DNA of 64,000 bases from Babesia bigemina. Lineage: Eukaryota. Both the position numbers and the translations under genes were made by a program. Location of the stretch: positions 744,001-808,000 of the forward strand of contig NC_027218.1 of the NCBI RefSeq assembly GCF_000981445.1. Direction: 5' to 3'. The notes under the pieces are model-generated. The model did no database searches. It worked only from the letters and a program-made list of their open reading frames with translations, and was not told the DNA's origin. This document shows positions 1 to 12,200 of the stretch, one piece after another (positions within the stretch are counted from its first letter, which is position 1; the number at the start of each line of letters is the position of its first letter).

Positions 1-2436
1 TTTGATCAATTCGCCAAGGATGCGAGATTGCAATTCGTCAAGATCTTTAGAGATTTTGTAGATACTATCGTTACTTTCCATCGCCTTTTTATTAAAAAAC
101 GTATCTCTTAGTGTTTCCAACTTTTGTTTGATACCTTCTTTACCGTGTTGATCATTGTCACCGTTTTCCTTGATGGCAGAGATGAGTTGTGTAAGGTTGG
201 AGGTTATATTGCCGTATAAAGTGGAGAATGTATTTTCTTCAATGGCATCACGACGCCCGTTCTCAAAGGGTTCGAACTTAGCTAACCCCTGAGATTCTAT
301 CTTCTGGATTTCATCGGTCAGCAATTCTCTCTTATTTTTCTCGCCGCCCTTATAACCATGCTGTTCAAGTTTCTCTTCAGTTAATTCACCTGACTCATCC
401 CCCTGAAAATACTCATCAATGTTCGTTTGTACACCTTTAATAGCCATATGAATCGTACCGTTATTGTTATTCGCATGTCCATGATAATTTGGCATACTCC
501 GCAGTAAGTTGCGTTTTATCGTGTTAATTGCCTCCATCAGCTTCGATTCGAGATCGTCGATGATGACACCGAAGAAATTTTTGGTGTTGAACTTATAATT
601 TTCGAGATCCTTCAACACTTCCTTTAATTCTTTAAAATTGGTGTCTACTCTTTGCAATTTTTCTAGGGGATGACCGACGCCTCTACTTTTTCCCCACGCA
701 TCGGCCCACTGCCACAAAGCTTTAGCATCACCGCGGTGATTCAAGCCATTCCTGAATTCTTGGATAAACAAGGCAGTACTCGTACCTTCATCCTGCGCAG
801 CCGTCATAATTCCTTCCTTAAACTGAGTGATAACCTTCGTAATCTCAGCCATTATATGCTCTTTAACCTGCCCCCCCAAATCATCACGTACCTTGCCATC
901 CAACTGATTGAGTTTTCCCTGCGCCTCAGTAATCTGATGCTTCAGAGTGCTCTGCAACGCTTTTAAAGTTTGCTTATATACATCTTCCAATTCCTTAACT
1001 GCCGATGAAATACTCCCTACCAACGGCTCCAGAACTGCTTTGGCGTTCTCGACGGCCTGCCGGAGGGCGTCGGCTTTTCTTTGTAACGTCTCCGCACTTG
1101 TTCTTATATTCTGCGGGTGCGTTTTGTTGTCCCTATCTAGAATTGCGTTTAATATAGCGTCAATCTGTGGAATAGCCTGAGTCACCAATAGCTCAGCGGC
1201 CTGAATCCATGTCGTCAAGGCCTGGACATGCTCTTTCAGCTTATCCCGTATTCTATCAATATCTTTATTGATAATACTAAAGACACTTGTCAAAGTCGAT
1301 TTATATTCGTCAACACGTTCTTTTATTTCATATTTAACATTATGTTCAAGAGTTTCCAACTCATTCTGTACTTTATCCGACAACTCCTGCAGATGCATAG
1401 CATTTCTGACTGCAGAACTGCCAAACCTCCAAATTTCACGCCTTATATGCCTTGAAGGCTCTTTCAGGTTATTTTGAAGTGAAGGGTCTAACGCTCGAAT
1501 ACCGGAATCGGGAGTATCCACAAGTGCGGTAATCGAAGCCTTAGCCTTCTGGATGCACCGATTCACATGTCCCTCAACGGATGTTAATTCGACATTTTCT
1601 TTCTTTATAAATTTAAGGTCTTTTGATAAATTTGACTTCAACTTCTTTAATTCATCTGTGACTTTCCCAACCTTCTCATGACAAACACGTTCCCAATTAA
1701 TAACTCCGCTCTCAACCGCTGACAAAAACCCTCCAAGACCCTTTTGGCCTGTTTGCAATTGGCTTTTCATGGTATCAACATCTTCATTTACACAACTCCA
1801 GTACGTTTTAACACTCTCATCCTCTTTAACACTCTCCAACACCCTGTGCAAAAACGCCATCACCGCATCACACAGCCTATCAAGGTCAGAATAGACAATT
1901 CCAGTCCCATCGTAGCCTTTGGTTTTTGGATCGAAGCCTAGGAAGGTTTCTAAGCCACAGCACAACTGTTTTAAAATAGGATTGGGGTCTCTTGTAAATT
2001 CACTGAGATTTTTGCTAAGCCCTTCAAGATATTCAATTCTGGACTGAACATCGTTTAAAGCCTTATTTGTGGATGAATCAACACGATGATTTGTTTCACA
2101 GCCATTCTTTAATGCTTTAACCTCATTCAAAAGTCTTTGTAATTTATTATCCTCCACATTTCCGGCCTTATTAGTCTCTGACTTCAGCGCTTTGATGCCC
2201 TCAATTTTTATCCTACAACATTCGTACCGTTTCCCAGCTGAATCAAGACTAGTGCAGAGATGATCACAAAAGCTGCTGAAAGACTTTACAATAGCCCCTT
2301 CAATCAATTTTTTCATAGCTTTGGCCAACTCATCAAGACCCTTACCATCGCCACCATGCCTCACCTGAATCAGCCAATCGATGGCCTCCCTTAAATTTTC
2401 AGGACAGTCCGTAAGCCTCTTGAATTGCGGTGCCAT
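1..2436 (-). CDS. Variant erythrocyte surface antigen (ves1/VESA-like) protein; 3' end runs off the window
   Basis: Absent from the ORF track because no stop falls inside the window. The ATG at 2436 reads MAPQFKRLTDCPENLREAIDWLIQV (VESA N-terminal LT..P.NL.E.IDW motif), and later CCGLETFLGFDPKTKGYDGTGIVYSDLDRLCDAVMAFL. The same frame is still open at base 1 (..SKDLDELQSRILGELIK). Confidence 0.88.
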   Translation of the reverse strand, partial: MAPQFKRLTDCPENLREAIDWLIQVRHGGDGKGLDELAKAMKKLIEGAIVKSFSSFCDHLCTSLDSAGKRYECCRIKIEGIKALKSETNKAGNVEDNKLQRLLNEVKALKNGCETNHRVDSSTNKALNDVQSRIEYLEGLSKNLSEFTRDPNPILKQLCCGLETFLGFDPKTKGYDGTGIVYSDLDRLCDAVMAFLHRVLESVKEDESVKTYWSCVNEDVDTMKSQLQTGQKGLGGFLSAVESGVINWERVCHEKVGKVTDELKKLKSNLSKDLKFIKKENVELTSVEGHVNRCIQKAKASITALVDTPDSGIRALDPSLQNNLKEPSRHIRREIWRFGSSAVRNAMHLQELSDKVQNELETLEHNVKYEIKERVDEYKSTLTSVFSIINKDIDRIRDKLKEHVQALTTWIQAAELLVTQAIPQIDAILNAILDRDNKTHPQNIRTSAETLQRKADALRQAVENAKAVLEPLVGSISSAVKELEDVYKQTLKALQSTLKHQITEAQGKLNQLDGKVRDDLGGQVKEHIMAEITKVITQFKEGIMTAAQDEGTSTALFIQEFRNGLNHRGDAKALWQWADAWGKSRGVGHPLEKLQRVDTNFKELKEVLKDLENYKFNTKNFFGVIIDDLESKLMEAINTIKRNLLRSMPNYHGHANNNNGTIHMAIKGVQTNIDEYFQGDESGELTEEKLEQHGYKGGEKNKRELLTDEIQKIESQGLAKFEPFENGRRDAIEENTFSTLYGNITSNLTQLISAIKENGDNDQHGKEGIKQKLETLRDTFFNKKAMESNDSIYKISKDLDELQSRILGELIK

Positions 2437-3822
2437 CCTTAAATCTCAAGGGACAACCGTATACACAACTTCAATGTGCCCACCAACTATTTGAGGTCGC
2501 AGACCCTCGCTGCACTGCGAAAATGCGATACGCACTGGGCGGCTAGCAAACTGTTCTCTCAGTGCTCCAAACTACGTTACTTAAACATCTACCCGATTGA
2601 GTCAGTATTAGATATTCACGACAAAACTAGCATCCGCCTCGCTCACCTAATCCAATCGCCAGTGCCCAGACAGCTCGAAATTCTAATCCGCTTCGGAGGT
2701 TACGTCAGACCTCCCAACTGCCGTGCAATGTTCAACTTACTTATGAAATAACTAGCGTTGAAGCAAGCTACGTTCTAATTTTCGTATCAAATTATATCCC
2801 GTTCCAGGAAAGTTCATGGATTGCCCCACTGCCACTGCACGGTTTTAACTTAATACTAATGCGGCATTCCTAAATGTGACTCAAGCAACTGGGCGGAAAT
2901 TACACGAATATGAGCATGCTGTCATCGTGAAGCAAAAAGGGCAATGGCGTTTCACCCCTCCGCATCCCTTACAGGGAACGGAACCCTCGATGCGTGATCG
3001 ATGAAAATGTGACATCGGTATGGAAGATTACTGATGTAACTGTGAAGCACAGTCAAGATCTATCTGGCTGAAAGGCGATTGTATGAGTGAATAGCAGTAA
3101 GGGCAAGTAGAGGACCATGGTAATTATGGAAAGTGCTATGCCAAACTCAGGAGTCTCATGAGGGCTGAGAGCATACTCTACCAGAAGACAACTAGTGGAT
3201 AGTATAAAGAAGACCATCACTACCGTGGAGAACGGGACTGCCAACGAAGGGAACCTGGTGGAGACGGGGCATACAAGAAGAGGAGATGCAGGGACGTTGG
3301 GGACATGAAGCGTAGAGCTTTCATCTAGCAGAATGGCTTCATAGTTGTTAGTTATGTGATAAGGGACATGAAACCGAGAGAAGATTATGACTCTGTAAAT
3401 GACCCTCAGCCCCAGACAGGGTGGAGTCCGTTTTGGATGGCACCAGTGATGATCGGCAATGGAACGACGTGGAAACTGCAGTCAACACTAGCGGGATTAG
3501 GCACTAGCAACGTGAAACCGGAAACCGGTTACAGGTACGTAGCCACATAGCACACTATAAGATGAGATAACTTAATTAAGGGATTACAACAGGAAGAACT
3601 GTAAAAAAAAGAAGTGAGACGTATTTTCATTTAAATGTCATAAGCAGGCATTATGTTACATACAGACGTTATAAAGGTTAAAATACGTTATTGGATTCGC
3701 AACTACAGTAATTTCAATAATCACCTTAGCCGTCACTCGTGACACTAACTGACACATCGACCAACATGAACTATGACAATTAAAGTTTGTAATTGCCAAA
3801 ATATTCACTACATCTGTGATAC

Positions 3823-4260
3823 TTATTCATTGGCGTAGTAGTTCTCAACCTGGATGGTGGATAGGACGATTCACTTGGTAGTGACGAAGCGGCACTCCAA
3901 TGGCGGCGTCTGGCGCAGCGTTTCGCCAGGTCCTACGAGTTCGCTGTTTAACTTCAGTGTGACAAAGTGATTAGTGTGCGATGCTACCAACGACTTGCTG
4001 ACATCGCTTAGATTCTTCACTTCACCGTCCACGAAGACCTAGTCGAAGCAGTTGGGTGGGTCCATGACGTACGGTGTTGGGCAGTAGAACGCCGCCTCAC
4101 CCGCAGCCTGAAGGTCTATCCTGCAGCCGATTTCTTGTCCGTTCTCATCGTAGATTGTGGGTGTCTCAGGCTTGAACAACCCATCTGATTCGTAGGTGAC
4201 ACCGCAGCCTTGCATGTAGGGATCAGTGGTCTCGACTTTAACCTCAACTACGTGCAAGAT
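3823..4260 (-). pseudogene. Pseudogenised C-terminal 6-Cys (s48/45) domain, paralogous to 57132..59966
   Basis: One frame reads VETTDPYMQGCGVTYESDGLFKPETP..IGCRIDLQAAGEAAFYCPTPYVMDPPNCFD*VFVDGEVKNL..PPLECRFVTTK*IVLSTIQVENYYANE*. In-frame stops lie at 4039-4041 (Q in the paralog) and 3871-3873 (G in the paralog), and the last Cys is replaced by Phe. Confidence 0.88.
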
Positions 4261-4261
4261 A

Positions 4262-4879
4262 CTAGCAACAAAAACGTATAAACAAGCCCATATCAAACCT
4301 ATCCAAGCACATCAAGTTACGTAACTTGAAACGTAGAGTGAAGGAGAACACGAATAACACTTCAGCGCAACTACACATAATGAAACGTTGGCTCATCGCC
4401 ATGTGCTTAATGTAGAGATTGAAAACGTGTCGCGTTTGGACGAATCTGCTATACATAACATCTTCAAATGTAACGTATGGTTTCGTATGCGTCGGGCAGG
4501 TTTTCCAACGTCTTCTGTAGTGATTCTTGCCGCCGCCTGAAGTCGTTCTGCCGGTAGTCTGCGTTGCCATTAAATCACTGCAATTACGCTTGCCTTTTGA
4601 ATCTTTGTAGTGATATGCACGTCCACCATACACCTCTACGAATGGTAGCCGAGACACGCCTTCTTCGGTATCCATGATAACCACTCCTCCCCTGCGACAC
4701 GTTAGAAAAAAGTGGCAGGCAACGTACTGGGTGGAGGCGTCGTTAGCAGTTTGTGGCTCCACGTACGGCATCATTGAGGGCGAAGTGCGTCGTAAAGCAG
4801 CGCTCCCGCCGTGGATTGCGATAAAGGCTCCTACCAGATGTGCCAAGAGAAGGATAGACCTCATGGTCACCTTAACCAT
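4262..4879 (-). CDS. Putative small secreted protein (signal peptide, one probable intron) abutting the 6-Cys remnant; may be decayed
   Basis: MVKVTMRSILLLAHLVGAFIAIHGGSAA looks like a signal peptide. An in-frame 36-nt GTACGT..CTAAC..GCAG intron candidate lies at 4727-4692. The 3' part is uncertain. Confidence 0.35.
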   Translation of the reverse strand: MVKVTMRSILLLAHLVGAFIAIHGGSAALRRTSPSMMPYVEPQTANDASTQYVACHFFLTCRRGGVVIMDTEEGVSRLPFVEVYGGRAYHYKDSKGKRNCSDLMATQTTGRTTSGGGKNHYRRRWKTCPTHTKPYVTFEDVMYSRFVQTRHVFNLYIKHMAMSQRFIMCSCAEVLFVFSFTLRFKLRNLMCLDRFDMGLFIRFCC

Positions 4880-6241
4880 TAGATGACACCAATTCACATT
4901 TCACAAAGTGTGTATCAAAATCACAAGTACTGTCTAACTGGGTTCAAGCGAATGTGTCGTCGGGGAAGCACAGCGTCACGGTAGCCTTCCGCCACGGTGT
5001 GTGGACACGACAACCGCGACGCCGGCACCAGAGGGGAAAACATCGCTCCTATACTTAATTTAACAAGCACGTAAGATGTGATGGCGGAGCGCGCTCCCAA
5101 CTTGAGCGCGACTAGGCAGCTTAAGGGTAGGTGTAAGTAGAGGCCAACAAACGTCTCAGCTTTGAAGCGCTTTGAGCACGCGATTCGCGAAGCCCTGCAT
5201 CTAGAACGCAAGGCACAACGTCGAAGTCGCGGTACGTGTAATACTTTGGCGCTTAATGAGTCGGCAGTCATCGCGGTGGCGCTCGTAACCTTAAACTTTG
5301 CGACGACATACCAAGTCGTAACAAGCTTGATGCAAGGAACTGAGCATCATCATGAGGCGGGTTTTACACCGTGTTTTTAACGCATTGCAGCTGGCGAGGT
5401 CGTCGTGGACTTTTCGTAGCATACCTACGGTCTCGTTAGCGGCATTTATTTACTTCTTCAGCAATCCCGCTTTCCGCAGAAATCTGTTCTGCGCAACAAT
5501 GTACGTTTATCGACATGAATCTCATGATTCAACGGTCTCAGCTACTTGGAGCGATTGAACTTCTCGTTACTCGACTTCAATCTCAGGTTTTGCGGCAAGT
5601 GGGTACAATGCCATATGCTCCGAATCACAGCTCCGCAGGGCAAATCGTTTGCAATGCATAGAATAAAATGGGCGCCAAACATCTTCGGATTGCATCGTGA
5701 CCTACGACATTCTTAATTTAATACCATTAGACAACGTAGCTGCTCGGGTGCAAGCTGCCAGTGCTTTGTGTACGAATCTGCCTTAGTTGCCTAAGAGATA
5801 TGTTTGTGCCGTACGCGCATGTCATATTTCAACGTTCTAAGAGAGACTGCGTCAGTGGGACTATCGCTTGAAACATCGGTAATGGCATGGTGTTACAATT
5901 GGTGCATGCACGTTCGAACAGGCTATGACGTACAAAAATGTGATGTGTACAACTGTGTGGACTACATTCTAATCTACAGAACACATAAAACACGATATGT
6001 GTGGGAACCCCTATATAAACGCAAAAGCTATATTCCAAGATTAAACAGAAGTACCAAGTGTTGCGGAACATGGCAAACACCAAGGCGTTACTGCAGGTGG
6101 CTCAGCTGACCGTGTAACGTTAAAACCACGTCAACAGCAGCCTATTTGGCACAGTTGACACCACAGTTGTAGGCCGCCTGAAAGGCACAAAACAATGCGA
6201 TACCACAATACATCCAACAACGTGGCCAAACAATGACCAGA

Positions 6242-9200
6242 TCACTTGTACGACTCGAATAGCTCGGGGCCTATGACAATCGATGACTTGGACTGGCGCT
6301 TCGCGTTCTGCAGCGCGACGAATATCGAGTAGACGATCCCGGCGTTTGTGCAGGGTACCTGCAGGGTTGTGTCGGAAACGCGTATGATAACGCCGTAGCA
6401 CGACGCCCGGCACTCCTGAATGTCTGCGATGGACGCCTTCCACAGTATGGTAGGCTTCGGCTTCAGGTCAACATAATACACCTTCGACGGGTAGAAGAGC
6501 AGAGCAATGTGGCTTGGGGGATGGCTGTGCTTCGACACGGTCTCGCAGTGAACGATGTGCTTCGAAAACTTGTGGCCCAGCTGCTGCTTGATCTCCGCAT
6601 CGCTCAGGCTGTAAGGCTTAAGCTGCGAGTATTCTCCCCATAGCATTCGAGGCCAGCGGCATGGCTCCGCAGACCAGCGCTGCCCATCCAACTGCCTGGA
6701 CATGTTGACCTTGATCGTGCGCGACACGTGTGAGACGGCCTGCCCCACCTTGTCGATTGGCTTCACTATTGAGCCAGCCAGGCCCTTTCCGAGGCCGCGG
6801 ATGAACCCACCCATGCCGCCCTTCTGGGCCCCCTCAATAGGCTTGGTGACAATGTTCGTCAGTGACATGAACCCCTCGCCGATGCTCTTGCCAGCCGACA
6901 CGATACTGTCGCGCATGTTCCCCGACGGTTTGTTCATGCGGTCGCGCTGCCGCTTGTTAATATACTCGTTGTCGAAGGTGAACTTGGAGAGCAAGCTTCC
7001 GATGCCCGAGCTGACGCTGTCCACAGCTTCCGCCGCGAACTCGAGGGTGTTGCGGCCTACATTTATGGGGATCTTGGGGATGTTGAGCAGCGAACTGTAC
7101 CCCAACAGCGACCCTATGCAGCTCAACGCGGCGTGAACATACTTGTCCTTGATCTCTTCGTAGAACGAACGTATCGAACCGCGCGAGTTGCAGAAGTTCT
7201 CCTGCTGGAATTGCAGAGGCGCACCCATGAGCTCGAAATGACGCGAAACACATATAATCCGCAGTCCCACACGCATAAGGTCGCCGAGCATGTGCAACTT
7301 CTCCAGATCAAAGCTGCACCACAGAACCAGGTTGAACCGTTCTATGAACAAGAAGTCCAACACCAATGTGCGGGGAGGCACAGGGTTTTTCTCCAATGAA
7401 GATAGCTTCTCCTGCGATTCCTTCTGCACCCATGAATCAATCGTCCGCAGATCAATTTTCTCTTGCGGGCCCCAGTTACCCATGCACTTCATGCATTCCT
7501 TGTAGAAGTTGTAGACGCGAGTGAGCAGGACGTCCGAAATATCCACCTCCAGGTCGTCGAGAGCGATAAATACCTTCTTCAGACACAGGTCTTTGCAACT
7601 TGCGAAGGGCCGATCTACATAAATCTGCAGGAAGTGCCGTTGGTGTTCTTGACCGGAGGTTTTGCGACGGTTGACCAGGATTGTAGAACACTGGTCCTCG
7701 TCCGCGTGCTTCTCCTCAGCCTGGTTGTCGATCTGAATATCGCTAATGCGGAGCTCCAGGCGCTGGTGGTCCCCATTGAACAGCGAGACGAATGACACTG
7801 TGGACATTTCGAGGAAGAACAGCTCCTCATGTAGGTTATGCGATACCAAACTCAAACCTATTTGCGACAGTTGCACCTGTATCTGCATGCTGCGCGTGTC
7901 CGTGCCGACATCGTATTCCGACTCGTTGCTCTCCAGAATACCCTCTGAGTTTTTCAGGATCTCGGTGTCCAAATCCAGAGGACCACGTGGATCTCCAGCA
8001 TGACGGTGGTCTGGAGTGTTGTCACCGTTCTCGGAATTTCTTGACCGCGACAGCGAACCTGATTCAGGTTGGCTGCTGGTTGAGGCGGTGTTTTCGGAGC
8101 GATGGGTGTTCAAAGTCCGCGCAACTTCCAGGTACTGTCCCGACGGCTTAATGTCGATGGCGATGTAGTCCCCCCGGTTCTCGGCTGACACAAGCACTGC
8201 GTGATTGCTGGCATATTCCGGTGTGGTCACCTCAACCTGGCGGTATCGGAACGCAGGCGATCCGATGTTGATCACTAACGGCTTAATTGGAGCGACTGTA
8301 TTCTTGTCCAACCATAGCATAACCTGACACAGGCGAGTCTTGTTCAAGAACGGCTGCTGCCACCCGAAATGCACCGTTTGCCCATATTTGGCGGTGAAGT
8401 ACACGCCGTTGCCCTTCGAGCCCGAGTCGCCGCCCTGGTGGAAAGTGCGCACCATTGCTGCCTTTATGTAAGGGCACTGGTTGCAGAGAACGAAACCTTC
8501 GTTGTTGCACTGCGGATATGCGATAGAACAATACTTGGTGCCACCCTTTGGCACAACGGAAATACAGAACACCAGCGGCTTGTTGCTCTTATCCTGCTTC
8601 ACGCACATGTACGTTTTACCGGAATGGCTCTCAGAGGGTATGATGGGGCTGCTCCACTGCGCCTCATCGCTGGTCTTGAACTCGATGGGCGCGACATTGG
8701 AAACCACGCTCGCGGGGTCGGCCACCGTCTTCGAAAGCACCCACGGCACAGCGACATTCTGCCCAGGCTCCACGACGATATGTGGTGTGCGCGAGTCCTT
8801 GCGAATGGAGATGGGTGTTTTGAGGTTATTGATGAACACGAAGCTCGGAATCGCTGACGTTATCCTGCATGTGACATGGTTCGACAGCCCGCTGATGCTT
8901 ATTTTCTCCGTCACCAGACACACCGAATGACGCTTCCCTCCGCTCTCCACGATGGTATACGCATAACCTCCTACTGCAGGCATACGGACGTTGCTCTCCA
9001 CCTTGTCTATCGCCTTTCTGTTGACGCACAAGTGCAGCGTGTCGTCCTGGTTCTCAGACGAGAGGAAGGACAGGCCACGCATGACAGCGCGCGGGAGCCG
9101 CTTCTGGAACGATATTCCCAACCCCGTGCGATCGATGAACCACCACGGCGCATTGATGATCAAACTCAGGTGCCCCTGGAACGACGTTGACGACGCCGGG

Positions 9201-12200
9201 AGGCCGCCAGGGTAGCGGATGAGCTCCACCTCCACAGGCGCCATCCCCTTTATCGGGAGGTTCAACATCGTGTGCGTCTCCGAAGTGCCGTATATCTTCG
9301 TAACGCGATCCGACCACACGTTCGATCCGCTGTAGCATATCTTGGCCATGAAGCTCAGGGACTCATTCGGAGGCAGGGAGTATATGTGGGTGATGGACTC
9401 CCGCAACAGCGTGAGGGACTCCTCTATGTAGTTGCCGGCCTTCTTCGAGCTTGAGGCGTTGTCCTCAGTAACCCTGTCATTAGCCCCGAAACACACGTCA
9501 ATCTCCATTGGCAGCGTGTTCATCACGCTCAAGGCGGGGTAGATGACGATGTCACGCATTTCGACATTGGCCGGGAAGGCACTCTTGCGCTTGACCACCG
9601 ATACCACGTAGTACAGGAAGCTCGACTTGGTGAACCCGGGGCAGTAGCACTGCCGTACCCGCGTTCCCAGATGGCGAGAACTGTCGATGAGCTTGGACCA
9701 TCCGCTGGTGTTGGATAGTTTCATCCAGGCCTCGGTGCGTGAAGCGTCCTGACGCTTGGCCCGGTCGAAAAACGCCTCCATGAAGGGGCGGTTCATTGCC
9801 AGCGGCGCCGGCAAAAAGCTCATCACCGCATGCGCCGGACCTTGGAAAACGCATTCGGGCACGGAACCGAAGTGGTTATGCTCCAGCAGCATCGTGTACC
9901 CCACCTCTTCCTGCTGCAAACGCAAATAGTTTACGTTCGACTCGGGGAAGTGAACCGTGGTTGTCTCTCCGAACTCGTCGCCGGCAGGGCCACCTTTGTC
10001 AAGAATCGATATGGGCGCACCGCGCGTTTTCAGGCTGGACACCGACATCACGTTCATTTTTTGGTCCAGGAAACACAGCAGCAACGGCATGCCACTCCTG
10101 TTGTATACCCGTACCGTGGACGTGAACATGAGGAGCTTGTGCGATGGATGTGGGCTCTTGACCTCGCAGATGAGCGTATTCTTGTTGTACGTACCTGCCA
10201 GGTCTTCGATAGGGCACTTGAGCGAAACGCAACAGTTCCGCGCCAGTGGCACCATGGCCGCCACAGTGCCGTTTTCGAAGGGCACCGCGTAACTCGACGG
10301 CAGGTACGATTTGCTATGGACCATATTGGCCCTTGTCTTCGCTGCGTTGCGTGTCACCATCAAGTCACGAGCGATTGGTTCACGGTTCTCGATACCCAGT
10401 TCGTTACAAATTTCGGTGACCTGAGCCGGTGGCGGGCAGGCGATCACGTAGATGCAGGCGCTGCTACTGTTGTCCGTGCTCACAAAGCTCACCACGGAAT
10501 CCAGCTCTTGGGGCACGCACGACTTTTCTACAACGCGGAGGCCCTTAATGCCACCTGTGGAGTCACCGGTGCTCTGCAAGGCAAAGACGTAGTAGTCATG
10601 CCCCGTTAAGTTAACGTACCTGTAGGCGCTGTTCTCCACCTGCGGATCGGCTTCCTCCTCAACCGTGTCCGTATACACCAGACCACGCTGGATGTTGTTG
10701 GTCAGCATGGGTATGAACCACAGCAGGAGCTGGCAGAGGCTTGGCGTGATGTTGATGAGGATGTTGTGCGCACTGGATATTTTCAACACCTTGTTGGGGA
10801 TGAAATCCTTCCACTCATCCTCACTGCCCGGGCGCAGAACCCTGCCTTGCCGGCGCCTGTTGCGATCAGTTCCGATGTTGTTGGTGTATTCGAGGCTGCA
10901 GTTGCAGCGCTCCAAGCAGGGCTCCCAATCACCAATGATGGCGTTGAAATATTCGAGCCGGGTTGAGCACCGCACCACCGTGTACCGCTTTTCTATGGGC
11001 AGGCTCATGTACTCGATGTTCTCACTGGCGACTGACAGGCGCATCATCGGTATGAGGCACTTGCGCATGTCGTCGAAGAAAGTGACCTTGATCCCCTTGA
11101 TGTTGAAACTAACCGACAGGAACCGCCCCGGCGTGCCCGCGCCGTCCCCGGCAGTGTCGCTTTCATCTCTAGGCGGCGCGGCTGAAGGCCCATCCGTTAA
11201 GACGGCAGTGACGGCCGCCAAGATGACACTCAAGTCCTTCGTGTACAGCGTCAGGTTTGAGGGCGGTATCGTGAAGTTGAAGAACATCTTGTACCCCTGC
11301 GGCTGGCTCACGTACTGCCCGCTTCCGTACACCTCGAGGCAACTGCACAAAACCTGGCGCTTGGCGGTGACTGGGTATACGCGCTCCAGCTTGCACCCCA
11401 GCACATCAACTTTCAAAAAGTTAAAGGAGCCGTTCTGCATGGTCATCTCCAGGAAGAAATCGGTGCTGAGCTCCAGCTGCGGATAGCTCGTGGAGTCCAT
11501 CCTCGTGAATGCGATAAACTTCCCGTTTGTGGCCTTGAAATTGAAGGTGTATATCTTGGCGTTCGACACAGTTTGCGTGGAGTGCGACTGCTTTGGGCAG
11601 AGCGCCATGGAGCTGCTGCTGTACGACAAGGTGAAGTAGCGCAGGAGGTCCATGGCATGGATGCACAACAGTGAGATGTCGGCGTTTGCCACCATACAAT
11701 CGACGCCCGTCTGGTTATTCTCGTTCACAACCACCACCTTGATGCCGTAAATGTCTGCCGAAGAGGCGTTGCTGAAGAAGTCATGCCCCGTGCTGTTCTT
11801 GTACTGGCGCAGCCAATTGTGCAAAAGGCGTGTCACACTTGGCTCCATGGCACGTGCGTCGTCATCCAGATCCGCACACGCCGCATCGCCGTCATGCACA
11901 AAGCAGTTGATCAAGCGGCGATGTACGTTGACGGAATTGGGCCGCTCGTCGTCAACCGTCAGCGTCTTACCACAGAGGCCGAACTGGTAGCACGAGGTCA
12001 TGCGTACGGTATCCACCCCAAAGTTTAGACACACCGTGATCCCGTCGAATTTCAGGCTGGCAAGGGGCTTCTCCGGCGAAAACAAGGTGTCGAACTCGAA
12101 ACGGTTCAACGACAGTCGGATGCCACACCTGAATGGCGGCTTCGCGGAGCTCGAAACGTTAACGTGGCTGCGCGTCTTGTACGAAGAGCCGCATATATTC

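Noticed and set aside
5903..5910. TGCATGCA ApiAP2-type motif (also GTACAC near 56792)
   Set aside because: Single short motifs are expected by chance in 64 kb.
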